Shown: positions 1-19,791 of the stretch, piece after piece
Layout: the number at the start of each line of letters is the position of its first letter
Position numbering within the stretch: position 1 is the first letter of the stretch
Source of the DNA: the human T2T-CHM13v2.0 reference genome, Homo sapiens
DNA length: 64,000 bases
Reading direction: 5' to 3' (one strand)
Assembly (NCBI RefSeq): GCF_009914755.1
Contig: NC_060932.1
Made by a program: the position numbers and the translations under genes
Notes under the pieces: generated by a model
What the model was told of the DNA's origin: nothing
Seen by the model: the letters and a program-made list of their open reading frames with translations, nothing else
Database searches by the model: none

Positions 1-334
1 AGTTTAAGATTTGAACATTATTGCCCTCCTGCCTCACTTAGTAGTTTTTAAATCCATAAAAATATAAAGTTTCGGAAGTATTTTTCATTGTCTTGGTGGA
101 AATTGGAGCTGAAACAGCAACTCTAACTTTGACAAATCGTTTGACACACAAATTTGAGAATAAGTGTTTATGGATCAAGTGAAGATCAACTTGGGACACT
201 CTACTTGAATCTTGAACTTATTGTTTCCCAATACGGGGTGGTAGCTAATGGCTCTATATGTCGTCCTATCAGCTGTCATGAAGTTAAAAGGATCTTCTCT
301 TACCTCTAACAAAGAGATACCTTTTTTATATGTG

Positions 335-435
335 ACCTGAAAATTCATGCACACCAATCCTCTGCGACACACAATTTACCTGTATAATAATCCTGCACAT
401 GTATCCCTGAACCGAAACTAAAGTTTTTTTAAAGA
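335..435 (+). mobile_element. Old primate L1 (L1PA13-16-like) 3' terminal fragment
   Basis: CACACAATTTACCTGTATAATAATCCTGCACATGTATCCCTGAACCGAAACTAAAG resembles the L1PA13-16 3' end. Confidence 0.65.
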
Positions 436-1152
436 TATAAATTAAAATATTTTATTTTATTTTTTTTTTGAAGTGCCAAGATTTTATTTGAATCTCTTTT
501 GATGGAAATATTTTCTTTCTTTTTTTAATTATTATTATACTTTAAGTTTTAGGGTACATGTGCACAATGTGCAGGTTAGTTACATATGTATACATGTGCC
601 CTGGTGGTGCGCTGCACCCACTAACTCGTCATCTAGCATTAGGTATATCTCCCAATGCTATCCCTCCCCCCTCCCCCCACCCCACAACAGTCCCCAGAGT
701 GTGATGTTCGCCTTCCTGTGTCCATGTGTTCTCATTGTTCAGTTCCCACCTATGAGTGAGAATATGCGGTGTTTGGTTTTTTGTTCTTGCGATAGTTTAC
801 TGAGAAAGATGATTTCCAATTTCATCCATGTCCCTACAAAGGACGTGAACTCATCATTTTTTATGGCTGCATAGTATTCCATGGGGTATATGTGCCACAT
901 TTCTTTTTTTTTTTCCCCAACTCATACTCTTTTTTTTTTTTTTTTTAATTATACTTTAAGTTTTAGGGTACATGTGCACATTGTGCAGGTTAGTTACATA
1001 TGTATACATGTGCCATACTGGTGTGCTGCACCCACTAACTCTTCATCTAGCATTAGGTATATCTCCCAATGCTATCCCTCCCCCCACCCCCGACCCCACC
1101 ACAGTCCCCAGAGTGTGATATTCCCCTTCCTGTGTCCATGTGTTCTCATAGT

Positions 1153-4605
<3,453 letters not shown>

Positions 4606-4668
4606 TATGATGTTAGCTGGTTATTTTGCTCGTTAGTTCCTGCAGTTTCTCCCTAGTCTCGATGGTCT

Positions 4669-5691
4669 TTACATTTTGGCATGATTTTGCCACGGCTGGT
4701 ATTGGTTGTTCCTTTCCATGTTTAGCGCTTCCTTCAGGAGGTCTTTTAGGGCAGGCCTGGTGGTGACAGAATCTCTCAGCATTTGCTTGTCTGTAAAGTA
4801 TTTTATTTCTCCTTCACTTATGAAGCTTAGTTTGGCTGGATATGAAATTCTGGGTTGAAAATGATTTTCTTTAAGAATGTTGAATATTGGCCCCCACTCT
4901 CTTCTGGCTTGTAGGGTTTCTGCCAAGAGATCCGCTGTTAGTCTGATGGGCTTCCCTTTGAGGGTAACCCGACCTTTCTCTCTGGCTGCCCTTAACATTT
5001 TTTCCTTCATTTCAACTTTGGTGAATCTGACAATTATGTGTCTTGGAGTTGCTCTTCTCGAGGAGTATCTTTGTGGCGTTCTCTGTATTTCCTGAATCTG
5101 AACGTTGGCCTGCCTTGCTAGATTGGGGAAGTTCTCCTGGATAATATCCTGCAGTGTTTTCCAACTTGGTTCCATTCTCCCCATCACTTTCAGGTACACC
5201 AATCAGACGTAGATTTGGTCTTTTCACATAGTCCCATATTTCTTGATTTCTTGGAGGCTTTGCTCATTTCTTTTTATTCTTTTTTCTCTAAACTTCCCTT
5301 CTCGCTTCATTTCATTCATTTCATCTTCCATTGCTGATACCCTTTCTTCCAGTTGATCGCATTGGCTCCTGAGGCTTCTGCATTCTTCATGTAGTTCTCA
5401 AGCCTTGGTTTTCAGCTCCATCAGCTCCTTTAAGCACTTCTCTGTATTGGTTATTCTAGTTATACATTCTTCTAAATTTTTTTCAAAGTTTTCAGCTTCT
5501 TTGCCTTTGGTTTGAATGTCCTCCCGTAGCTCGGAGTAATTTGATCGTCTGAAGCCTTCTTCTCTCAGCTCGTCAAAGTCATTCTCCCTCTAGCTTTGTT
5601 CCATTGCTGGTGAGGAACTGTGTTCCTTTGGAGGAGGAGAGGCGCTCTGCTTTTTAGAGTTTCCAGTTTTTCTGCTCTGTTTTTTCCCCAT
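4669..5691 (-). pseudogene. ORF1: Disrupted L1 ORF1 of copy A
   Basis: ATG at 5691; 8-bp tandem duplication ATTTCTTG near 5238-5253 and a further frameshift; C-terminal REKG, ARR and YPAKLS motifs present. Confidence 0.93.
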
Positions 5692-6239
5692 CTTTGTGGT
5701 TTTATCTACTTTTGGTCTTTGATGATGGTGATGTACAGATGTGTTTTTGGTGTGGATGTCCTTTCTGTTTGTTAGTTTTCCTTCTAACAGACAGGACCCT
5801 CAGCTGCAGGTCTGTTGGAGTGCCCTGCCGTGTGAGGTGTCAGTGTGCCCCTGCTGGGGGTTGCCTCCCAGTTAGGCTGCTCGGGGGTCAGGGGTCAGGG
5901 ACCCACTTGAGGAGGCAGTCTGCCCGTTCTCAGATCTCCAGCTGCGTGCTGGGAGAACCACTGCTCTCTTCAAAGCTCAGATGGAAATGCAGAAATCACC
6001 CATTTTCTGCGTCGCTCACTCTGGGAGCTGTAGACCAGAGCTTTTCCTATTCGGCTGTCTTGGCTCCTCCCCCTGATGGAAATATTTCAATTAAAATATT
6101 TTAAAGAAAGCAATTCTTATTATCTTGGAATAAAATTAAAGAGATTGTTAAAAATGAATCTTGTGTTTGATTTTGATGTATCTCTACCTGCCTCTGGAAT
6201 GGGAACTCTTTCTCTTGGGTGGTGGTGTTAGAGGGGAAA

Positions 6240-6315
6240 TAATATCTTCTATCTTGTATCCCCAGGGACTCTACACAGAAGATTGGCAGTAAATATTTGT
6301 TAAATGAGTGACTGA
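6240..6315 (+). mobile_element. L2 3' end fragment
   Basis: TCTTGTATCCCCAG...CAGTAAATATTTGTTAAATGAGTGA typical of L2 terminus. Confidence 0.5.
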
Positions 6316-6609
6316 TTCCTAAAGCCTCACTCCTCTCAGTGCTTAGCCAAGAACCATCCAGAAAAGAAGGTAGAAGCATTCAATTCTTAATAAACAGCAA
6401 TGTCCTATCTATCTTCCAAGGCTTTACTGAGGCACTGACTCTTTGCTCTTCTTTTCTAGCCTGATGTGCTTTAGTCTTTTTCTGCTATCTTTTATAATCT
6501 TCTATTGCTCAAAAGCAACAAGGGCAAGATGATTAACCAGACTTCAGTTCCTAGTCTTAGGTCTTAAGCCTTAAGTATGATTAAATCAGTGTGATATAAT
6601 AAACATAAT

Positions 6610-6780
6610 TTGGGGATAAAAATATCTAGCCTCAACTCTATTTCTGGTTGGCCAAGTGACCTTGAAAAAGTCACTTCCCTTCTCTGTTTTTCTGCTTCAT
6701 TTGTAAAATGAAGGGTTTTTTGGCAGAGATAAGTTGTTTCCTGAATAGTAAAAATGAGACAATTTGCAAATGTATTTGGA
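6610..6780 (+). mobile_element. MIR fragment
   Basis: GTGACCTTGAAAAAGTCACTTCCCTTCTCTG...CTTCATTTGTAAAATG MIR core. Confidence 0.6.
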
Positions 6781-7544
6781 GAATAATTAGGCCCTCTGCA
6801 ATGAAATTATCAATAAAAAATGATAATTCTTGGAAACAATTAACTTCAGTTAAACAGTGATTTCGTCAGAACCCTCACGTGTTCAGGAAAATGGTGTGTA
6901 CATTTATACACTCTCTGACATTAATTTATGATGCTATGGAAAAAGAGCATCTGTTGAAGTTTTGGAGAAAATCAAAATTGGTACTAATCTTCTATGGCAG
7001 AAAAATATGATCATGGTAATTATTGCATAATTACGATGCCCTGAATCTAATTTTAGCATCTGGGCAGAAGAAAAAATGAAACACTAATATAAAGGAAGAG
7101 CAAAACACAACTTTCCACTTTCCAAAGATAATGGAGCCATAAGAAATAAGATGATTGGGTTATAAAAGAACAAATCCTTATCCACAAGCCTCATTACAAC
7201 CCCTCACCCCTAATTTTCTTTTGTGAAAAAAATGTTCAATTTTCAAACCAAAAAAAGACGAAGAATAATTATAACAAAAAAAACTTCAACTAAGTTGGTT
7301 TGGTTTCGCTGCTGTTGGTGAAAGATGCTTCTGAGCCAAGTTGGACCCAGCAGACATTTTTCTCTCTACTTTCACTGAATGGGGACTGATCTGCATGCTG
7401 ATGTCCAGACACTGTTCAATATAAAAATACATTTATGAACCAAAAAGAAAACACACTGCATATTTGTTCCCATGGAGAAATAATTTCCTGATGCTCAGAA
7501 TTGAAACATATTTGAACAAAAAGAGAAAGTTTGGGTGTAGATCA

Positions 7545-7720
7545 AGATATAGACAGAAGAACATGGTTTTAAATCTTTGATCCTCTTACGACCTATGAAA
7601 TATTTCCAGCCTCAATTTCTTATCTGCAATATGGAATAATAATACTTATTCATAAAATCATGAAGAATGATTATAATGTGGGTAAAGCACCTATCAGTGT
7701 TTGGCAAGTAGCAGATATTC
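7545..7720 (+). mobile_element. MIR fragment
   Basis: GCCTCAATTTCTTATCTGCAATATGGAATAATAATAC...GTAAAGCAC MIR core and 3' part. Confidence 0.6.
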
Positions 7721-7841
7721 ATTGTTCTTTTCCCCATTGAGAAATATTTATCTAAAGTAGAGCCTTCTAACCAACTGCCTGCATCAATATCACCTGGCAT
7801 CCTTCTTGAAAATAGGGATGGCCGAACATGTAAAAAACAAT

Positions 7842-8741
7842 GGAGGGAGGAGCCAAGATGGCCGAATAGGATCAGCTCCTATCTACAGCTCCCAGCGTGA
7901 GCGACACAGAAGACGGGTGATTTCTGCATTTCCATCTGAGGTACTGGGTTCATCTCACTTGGGAGTGCCAGACAGTGGGCGCAGGTCAGTGGGTGCACGC
8001 ACCATGCGTGAGCCGAAGCAGGGTGAGGCATTGCCTCACTTGGGAAGTGCAAGGGGTCAGGGAGTTCCCTTTCCGAGTCAAAGAAAGGGGTGACAGATGC
8101 ACCTGGAAAATCGGGTCACTCCCACCCGAATACTGCGCTTTTCCGACCGGCTTAAAAAACGGCGCACCACGAGATTATATCCCACACCTGGCTCGGAGGG
8201 TTCTATGCCCATGGAGTCTCGCTGATTGCTAGCACAGCAGTCTGAGATCAAACTGCAAGGTGGCAGTGAGGCTGGGGGAGGGGCACCCGCCATTGCCCAG
8301 GCTTGCTTAGGTAAACAAAGCAGCCGGGAAGCTGGAACTGGGTGGAGCCCACCACAGCTCAAGGAGGCCGTCCTGCCTCTGTAGGCTCCACCTCTGGGGG
8401 CAGGGCACAGACAAACAAAAAGACAGCAGTAACCTCTGCAGACTTAAATGTCCCTGTCTGACAGCTTTGAAGACAGCAGTGGTTCTCCCAGCACGCAGCT
8501 GGAGATCTGAGAATGGGCAGACTGCCTCCTCAAGTGGGCCCCTGACCCCCAAGCAGCCTAACTGGGAGGCACCCCCAAGCAGGGGCACACTGACACCTCA
8601 CACGGCAGGGTACTCCAACAAACCTGCAGCTGAGGGTCCCGTCTGTTAGAAGGAAAACTAACAAACAGAAAGGACATCCACACCAAAAACCCATCTGTAC
8701 ATTGCCATCATCAAAGACCAAAAGTAGATAAAACCACAAAG
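7842..8741. promoter_or_regulatory. L1 5'UTR internal sense promoter and antisense promoter; YY1 site CAAGATGGCCG
   Basis: Complete unspliced 5'UTR; YY1 motif at about 7854-7864; splice donor at 7941 and acceptor ending 8464. Confidence 0.8.
8078..8293 (-). CDS. ORF0: L1 antisense ORF0, intact 71 aa (MAGAPPPASLPPCSLISDCC...HPFL)
   Basis: ATG at 8293; peptide matches the primate L1 ORF0 sequence and length; expression unknown. Confidence 0.75.
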   Translation of the reverse strand: MAGAPPPASLPPCSLISDCCASNQRDSMGIEPSEPGVGYNLVVRRFLSRSEKRSIRVGVTRFSRCICHPFL

Positions 8742-9754
8742 ATGGGGAAAAAAACAGAACAGAAAAACTGGAAACTCTAAAAAGCAGAGTGCCTCTCCTC
8801 CTCCAAAGGAACACAGTTCCTCACCAGCAACAGAACAAAGCTGGATGGAGAATGACTTTGACGAGCTGAGAGAAGAAGGCTTCAGACGATCAAATTACTC
8901 TGAGCTACGGGAGGACATTCAAACCAAAGGCAAAGAAGTTGAAAACTTTGAAAAAAATTTAGGAGAATGTATAACTAAAGTAACCAATACAGAGAAGTGC
9001 CTAAAGGAGCTGATGGAGCTGAAAACCAAGGCTCGAGAACTACGTGAAGAATGCAGAAGCCTCAGGAGCCCATGCGATCAACTGGAAGAAAGGGTATCAG
9101 CAATGGAAGATGAAATGAATGAAATGAAGCGAGAAGGGAAGTTTAGAGAAAAAAGAAAAGAAAGAAATGAGCAAAGCCTCCAAGAAATATGGGACTATGT
9201 GAAAAGACCAAATCTACGTCTCATTGGTGTACCTGAAAGTGATGGGGAGAATGGAAGCAAGTTGGAAAACACTCTGCAGGATATTATCCAGGAGAACTTC
9301 CCCAGTCTAGCAAGGCAGGCCAACGTTCAGATTCAGGAAATACAGAGAACGCCACAAAGATACTCCTCGAGAAGAGCAACTCCAAGACACATAATTGTCA
9401 GATTCACCAAAGTTGAAATGAAGGAAAAAATGTTAAGGGCAGCCAGAGAGAAAGGTCGGGTTACCCTCAAAGGGAAGCCCATCAGACTAACAGCGGATCT
9501 CTCAGCAGAAACCCTACAAGCCAGAAGAGAGTGGGGGCCAACATTCAACATTCTTAAAGAAAATCATTTTCAACCCAGAATTTCATATCCAGCCAAACTA
9601 AGCTTCATAAGTGAAGGAGAAATAAAATACAGACCAGCAAATGCTGAGAGATTTTGTCACCACCAGGCCTGCCCTAAAAGACCTCCTGAAGGAAGCACTA
9701 AAGATGGAAAGGAACAACTGGTACCAGCCGTTGCAAAATCATGCCAAAATTTAA
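8742..9754 (+). pseudogene. ORF1: Disrupted L1 ORF1 of copy B
   Basis: Extra A after ATGGGG (+1 frameshift) and 5-bp deletion near 9630. Confidence 0.93.
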
Positions 9755-9817
9755 AGACCATCGAGACTAGGAAGAAACTGCATCAACTAACCAGCAAAAG
9801 AACCAGCTAACATCATA

Positions 9818-13648
<3,831 letters not shown>

Positions 13649-15036
13649 ACAATGAGATCACATGGACACAGGAAGGGGAATATCACACTCTGGGGACTGT
13701 TGTGGGGTGGGGGGAGGGGGGAGGGATAGCATTGGGAGATATACCTAATGCTAGATGAAGAGTTAGTGGGTGCAGCGCACCAGCATAGCACATGTATACA
13801 TATGTAACTAACCTGCACAATGTGCACATGTACCCTAAAACTTAAAGTATAAGAAAAAAGAAAATAGGGATGGCCTTTGAAATAGGAGAGTACCTCGCCT
13901 GATTTTTTCTTGTCCCATGACTTTCACAGGTAGCTGAACTATCTACTCAATAAGATTTTAAAAATATTTTCCTGGAGGAAGATTCAACTAGGACTCAATA
14001 CTTTCATCACCAAATATTTTCACCAATTTCCTGTCATTCTCATGATCACATTCAGGATTTATGCAAATCAGGATGACCAGAGACATAAATACTCCCCTAC
14101 ACTATATTTAGCATGGGAAGACAGTTTCACATTCATTACCCTGAATAATGGGATAAAATAAGTTATGAGAATTTAGAATTCTTCAAAGTGATAAAACTAA
14201 GTTTAAAGATCAAAAGAACAAAGACTCTGAAGAGTTGTTCATTTTTTCTACTCTATCAATCACTAACCCAGCTTTCTCTATGTTTGAGACTTTTACTATC
14301 ATATAAATTATAGAACATTTTGTGATTAGAAAACATTTTTAATAAAACCAGTAAAAATACACATATAAATTCAAATATATATAGATGCATACAAAAAGCA
14401 ATTGCATTTATTCAAATCAATTTGTAAATAACACTAAGCTCTTGATAATATTTGTAGTTTGGGGTTCTTCCTGTTTCATTTTATTTTGCTTTTGTCTTGA
14501 GCAAGTGATTCCATTTTGAACAAAAGATGTCTTTTTAAAAATTTCTTCCATTCTTTCCTTCCACCCACCCAAGAGGTTGACTTTGTGGGTTTTCCTTCCT
14601 TTCACTCATCATGAGAAGATCCTTCACAGCAGAATCAGAAATTTAATACAGGGGCACTTTTTCAAATCTTACAAATTTTTTCCACATCTGCTTTTTCCCC
14701 CTTCGGGCTGATGTCTTTATCCTCAAGCATAAGTGACTGTCAACATCAGAAGTTATGAAGAGAAGGCAAAAAATTGATGTTGTTTTGGGACGAAATTGAT
14801 TCTGATTCTTAAGAATATTTTTTTTTTTAGCATACACAAATTTCCCAAAAGAGACAGGAAATGTCACGAGCTTTAAACTCTTCTAAAATTGGCTGATACG
14901 ATTTCCACTGTGAAATAACATCTTAAGCTTCAGTGGCAAATATTTGCTCCTGGAAATGGATGTCAGATTTGGATACACATGCTGGGATTCTGAACAGGGA
15001 TACTCTGGTTGCACAGTCCATTCACAATAGACTTAC

Positions 15037-15099
15037 TGAAGGAGAACGTTGGACTCCCTGCTCTCATCTGCTGGAAGGTCAGCTGCTGGCTCCCACTCA
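15037..15099 (-). other. Candidate 63-nt internal exon
   Basis: Minus strand TTTTTTTCAG acceptor and GTAAGT donor. Confidence 0.3.
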
Positions 15100-15640
15100 C
15101 TGAAAAAAACGTGTTTTCTCTTGGTGCCAAAGTATTTAAAAGTTCCTTTAGAAGAATATGATTTCCCCCCTCCCCCACCCCTACTCCCACCTATGGTCTC
15201 TGACCTTTTCTTGGGCTCCATTAAAGGCAACTTTACATACTACTGTTAGAAAACTACACAAAAAGCAGGACTTCAAAGTTAAGCAGTGGTAACTTATCTT
15301 TTGTCTTGACCTACTTACTAAAAATAAAATTTCAAGGCCCTGAAAAATACAGCATCTTGCTTTGTTACTAGTCTATCTTGTCTTATTCATTTACTCATCC
15401 ACTTATTCCATCATTCTTTCAATCAGCAAACATTCATCGGTCCACCTTGCAAGACAGTGTTAGGTCTAATGAAGATCATGATTATGGAGTGATTATGATG
15501 ATGATTATAGTGGTGGTGTCAATCAAATTACTTGGATACCACTTCTCAGTCAATAGTGCACCCTATATACATTTTTGATTCTCACCACTCTCATTCTGTT
15601 TCTTCAAGCCTCATTAGCTCCATTACATAGATGAGAAAAC

Positions 15641-15782
15641 ATTGATTGATTGATTGATTGATTGACTGTGATGGGTTCTGGCTATGTTGTCCAGGCTGGA
15701 CTCAAACTTCTGGGCTCAAATGATCCAACTGCCTCAACATTTTAAGTAGCTGGGAGTATAGGCATGTGCCACTACACCCAGA
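15641..15782 (-). mobile_element. FLAM_A-like Alu monomer with (TGAT)n tail, inserted in a MIR
   Basis: Single left-type monomer with CCCAGCTAC; flanked by AGAAAAC repeats. Confidence 0.75.
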
Positions 15783-17999
15783 AAGAAAACTTTTACAGTC
15801 ACACAAGAATTGAGTAAAGCAAAGATTTCAACTCACATCTCTTGCTCCAATGACTGTATTTTTTCACTATATGTAAAGGGATATAATAAAGAATGGCAGC
15901 CTTTGTCCTAAAAAATCCCTTAGTCAAATGGAATAAACAAAAACATGCACAGAAATAGTGGTAATAACTAGAAAAAAATACAGTGATTAAAATCATACTC
16001 ATTTCAAGTATAAAAAATATTCAATTATATTCTATAATGACATGGTTTTTTTTTCTTCAATGTATACTCTTTTCATTTTACTCAGGTAACCCTTCTTAGT
16101 ATTTCAGGAAATAATATTCTTATTCTTGCTCCACAGTCTTCAATTTTTCCTCTTTCTCATGTTTTAATTCATCAATAAAGTCACTGTTCTCCATGAATTC
16201 ATTTCTTGCCTCATTATCTCAGCCCTCAAAGACTTCCTTTAGTACAGCACTTACACACTATACTACACAATTCGAACCCAGTGTCATCTTGCTTTTTATT
16301 TTTTATTTCTTCACTCAATAGCAATCACAGTGTGATGGGCCAGAAATAATCATAGCATATTACATTTTTAGATTGTAGATTGTATTCACATACATTATGT
16401 CATATAAGCTTTGAGTTAACTCTGTAAAGTAGCTTTGGTGACCCATGCCATACACATAAGGAAGTAAGGCTCAGAGCATTCAGGTAATTTGCCAAGATCA
16501 TAAAATGATAATAACTTATTGATAAAGCTGTGAATAGTAAATAAGTCAATACACGTAAAACTCTAAAAATTGTGCCAGAGATTTGGTAAATAATAAATTT
16601 TAGGTATACAAGTAGAAATTCAGGAACATGAACTGAGGTTTCCTACAAGTTCTATTTTGCCTACAACACAACTCTGTATAAGTTCCCAACTTGCCCAAAA
16701 CCCGGTGCTTGTTTTCAAATTCTATTTCCTAGAACCTTAATTGTCTGGTTTTTTCATGATGTAAATGGATTTTATCAGAGAACGCTAACATATGAATATT
16801 GTTTGCCATTCTCATGACCAATACACATAATAGGAAAGACTAATCAATCTTGGGACTCTTTGAATACCATATGTAGCCATAGAATGCCTCTCCATACAGC
16901 AGTCTAGGAATATACTACCAAACTACTATTATTGTCTTGTTAGTTAAAATCTACCTATGTCTAGACTGGAGGACTACAATGTCAATTTAAGCTTTGTGAT
17001 TTCAGTTGTTTAATAAGTTTGGCAGATCTGGTTGACCTTAACAATATCTGTAATTACAGGAGTCTCTGATTAAAGTATATGAATTATTTGAAGGCAAAAA
17101 CTATACCTTATATTTCTTTGTACCTGCAAAGTTCTCAAGTTATAATTGGGTGCATAGTAACTGTTCAAAGTATTCTTAATGAGGAACAAAATAAAGTAAA
17201 ATAAAATAGAGTTTTTTCATTCAATAACAATCAACAGAAATTTATTGAATGGCAGGGTATGGCAAATTCTGGTTAGAATTTAGAAATACAAGATGTTCTC
17301 TACCTACATATAGCTTACGTGGAAGCAAATACTGACTAAATAATCTCAGAAGTTCATAATTTAATAGCAGAACAAAGAGGAGTTGCTGCTATCACAGAAT
17401 AGATTGTTTCAAGCAAACATTCATGTCAATATATGAGTATGAATGGTGGGTGCTTTGTGAAAACATGATTGTGATTCTTGTGAAAAAATGACTATAAAGA
17501 AATGTTTTGACAAATGGGGATGTTTGAAGTCATTCACAAAGCAACCAAGAAATTTAGCACTGGAAGGGGCAAGATTCCATAAAGACACTCCCCTCAAGGC
17601 AGTTTTCAATTTCTAAATTATGCTGGGCCAAGAAGCCAAACAAAAGGTGGTCAGGTCCTTTCCACTCAGAGACACCATCCTCTATGGAAGAAGCTGTTTC
17701 TCTTTCTCTTCTCTCCTACCTATTAAAAACCTCTGCTCCGAAAAAATAAAAAAACAAAAAAACAAAAAAACAAACAGTAAGGGTAGCCCAGAACTCTCAG
17801 CAGTCTTATAAGACAAGGGAGAATTAAATTTGTGCTCAGAAGTGAGTTGGACTTTCTCTAGTGTTTTTACATGAAGGGACTTGACAATTCCTAGGATGCG
17901 TGAAGGCGAAGATCCAGTAGAAAGTGGCAACTAAGAAACTAAAACAGAAAAAAACATAAGTTAAATTATGGTGCTTGGAAGACAAAAACTGCAGTTCCG

Positions 18000-19010
18000 T
18001 TTTTAGTAAAGAGAAAGAAGCTTAGTAAACACTAGATTTTCAGTTAAGTTTCCTGAAAGATTGCATCCTATGAATGAGGACAAACTGGAAATAGATCAGC
18101 CTTTACTATGACTGAAAACCAGCCTTAAACTGTTCAATTCTTGATTGTTACAAGGTACTTCTCTCACTTTCTCAACCAATCAGAGAGAAAATTAAATGTT
18201 CCCTGAAAAAAAAAATAACATTTTTCAGAGCAGCTACTATTTTCCATAAACAATATTTGGCATTCAATAAAGAAAATACCAGGAATGCAAATAGTTAGAA
18301 TCAAAAGCTGAAAACCAAGAGAATAAAAGGCAATAGAGGCAGATGCAAAAGTGAACCAGTTTTTTAAATTATTTAAAGCTCTAAAATTGGAAAATATTAA
18401 AAAATTTTAAATAACTGAATAGGATGTTTAAGAAAACAGATAATAAGATCAAGAATTTTACATGACTATTAGAAGCCATAAAATAAAATGGAAATCTGGA
18501 ACTGAAAATTCAAATAAATTTATTATGACAAAAACATTAAATTGGTTAAGCAACAGTGTAGATGAAGTAAAACAAAGTAATTTAAGTAGCAGTTAGGTCT
18601 GTTGAAATTTTCCAATTGTACAACAAGGACAAAATGAGAATAAACAATGGAAAATAAAAAATTATGAAAATAAATTTTTTTAATAAAATTAAAAGTGAAA
18701 AGAAGAAATAAAATTACATAAAGACATGAGAGATAGTGAAAAGACCTGCTATATTTATAATTGGAGACCCAGAAAGAGAAAAGAAATAATACATGTCAGA
18801 AGCAATATGTGTGATCATATTGGCTGATTTTTTTTTTTTTTTGAAATTGATGAAAGTCATCAAACCAGAGATTCAACAGCCAACCACAAACCCCAAAAAC
18901 CTAATAAAGAGTGAAATTGTTAAAAAACAAAAATGAAAGAAAAATCTTAAAAGCAGCAAGAAATAAAAATAAACTATCAAAAAAGATTAAACAATAAAAC
19001 TGAGAACCAA
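18000..19010 (+). mobile_element. Ancient L1M (L1ME-like) ORF1-region remnant
   Basis: A-rich degenerate ORF1-like sequence, e.g. TAATTGGAGACCCAGAAAGAGAA and AAAATCTTAAAAGCAGCAAGA. Confidence 0.55.
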
Positions 19011-19176
19011 AAACTCATGGGCATTGTTTACCAAAAAAGCAAGTATCCTCATGAACTCCAAAATACAAGCAAGTGAAGGCAAATCACCAGTAACCTGAAT
19101 AGAATCAGCAACTAACTAGAAGAATCAGAGGGAAACAATGGGGTGACACTGAGGAGAATAGAATACTGGATAGCAA

Positions 19177-19791
19177 GGTAGGGACCAAGGCCTTTGACCC
19201 TTGAAGATTTGCTGAAAAAAAACATCAACTGGCAAAAGGCTGATTAATTGAAGAAAAAGTATTCAAATTTATTTAGCATTTATACATTGGAGTCTTCACC
19301 ATGAAGATCCAACTCTCCAGTGGGATACAGAAGCTGGCATACCACCTTGGAGTTAGAGAAAAAAATGTGGGGTTGGTGCATGACAAAAAGTTTATGGTGG
19401 TAAATCAAGTTTTAATGGCAAGGCAGACTATGGAAGCAGGAGAGGCTCCATGCAGACCTAGGAAGTCACAGGCAGGCTTGGCCGGGAGGGACAGAGAAGA
19501 CGTGGCTGGTAAAGGTGGTCTTGTTATATAGATGAAAATTCACTAGTAGCTGCCCTCAGAGAGAATAGATAGTAAAGTATTATTTTAGATCTTAAGGTGA
19601 TAGACTCAGTTAATCTTTCCTACGTCTGGACAAGGAAAGGCCAGACTGCATTAATGCAGATTTTTTACAAATGCGTATTTCCCAGCAAAAGATGGCTTTG
19701 TAGGGCCATTTCTGTTTGCTGGCCCTCTAACAGGCATCTCAAAATATGTCAGAGAAATATGTCTTGGGTTAAAATGTTTTTATTTCTTTCA
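19177..19791 (-). mobile_element. MER39-like ERV1 solo LTR
   Basis: Minus strand begins TGAAAGAAATAAAAACATTTTAACCCAAGACATATTTCTCTGACATATTTTGAGATG; possible 4-bp TSD GCAA/GCGA. Confidence 0.75.
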
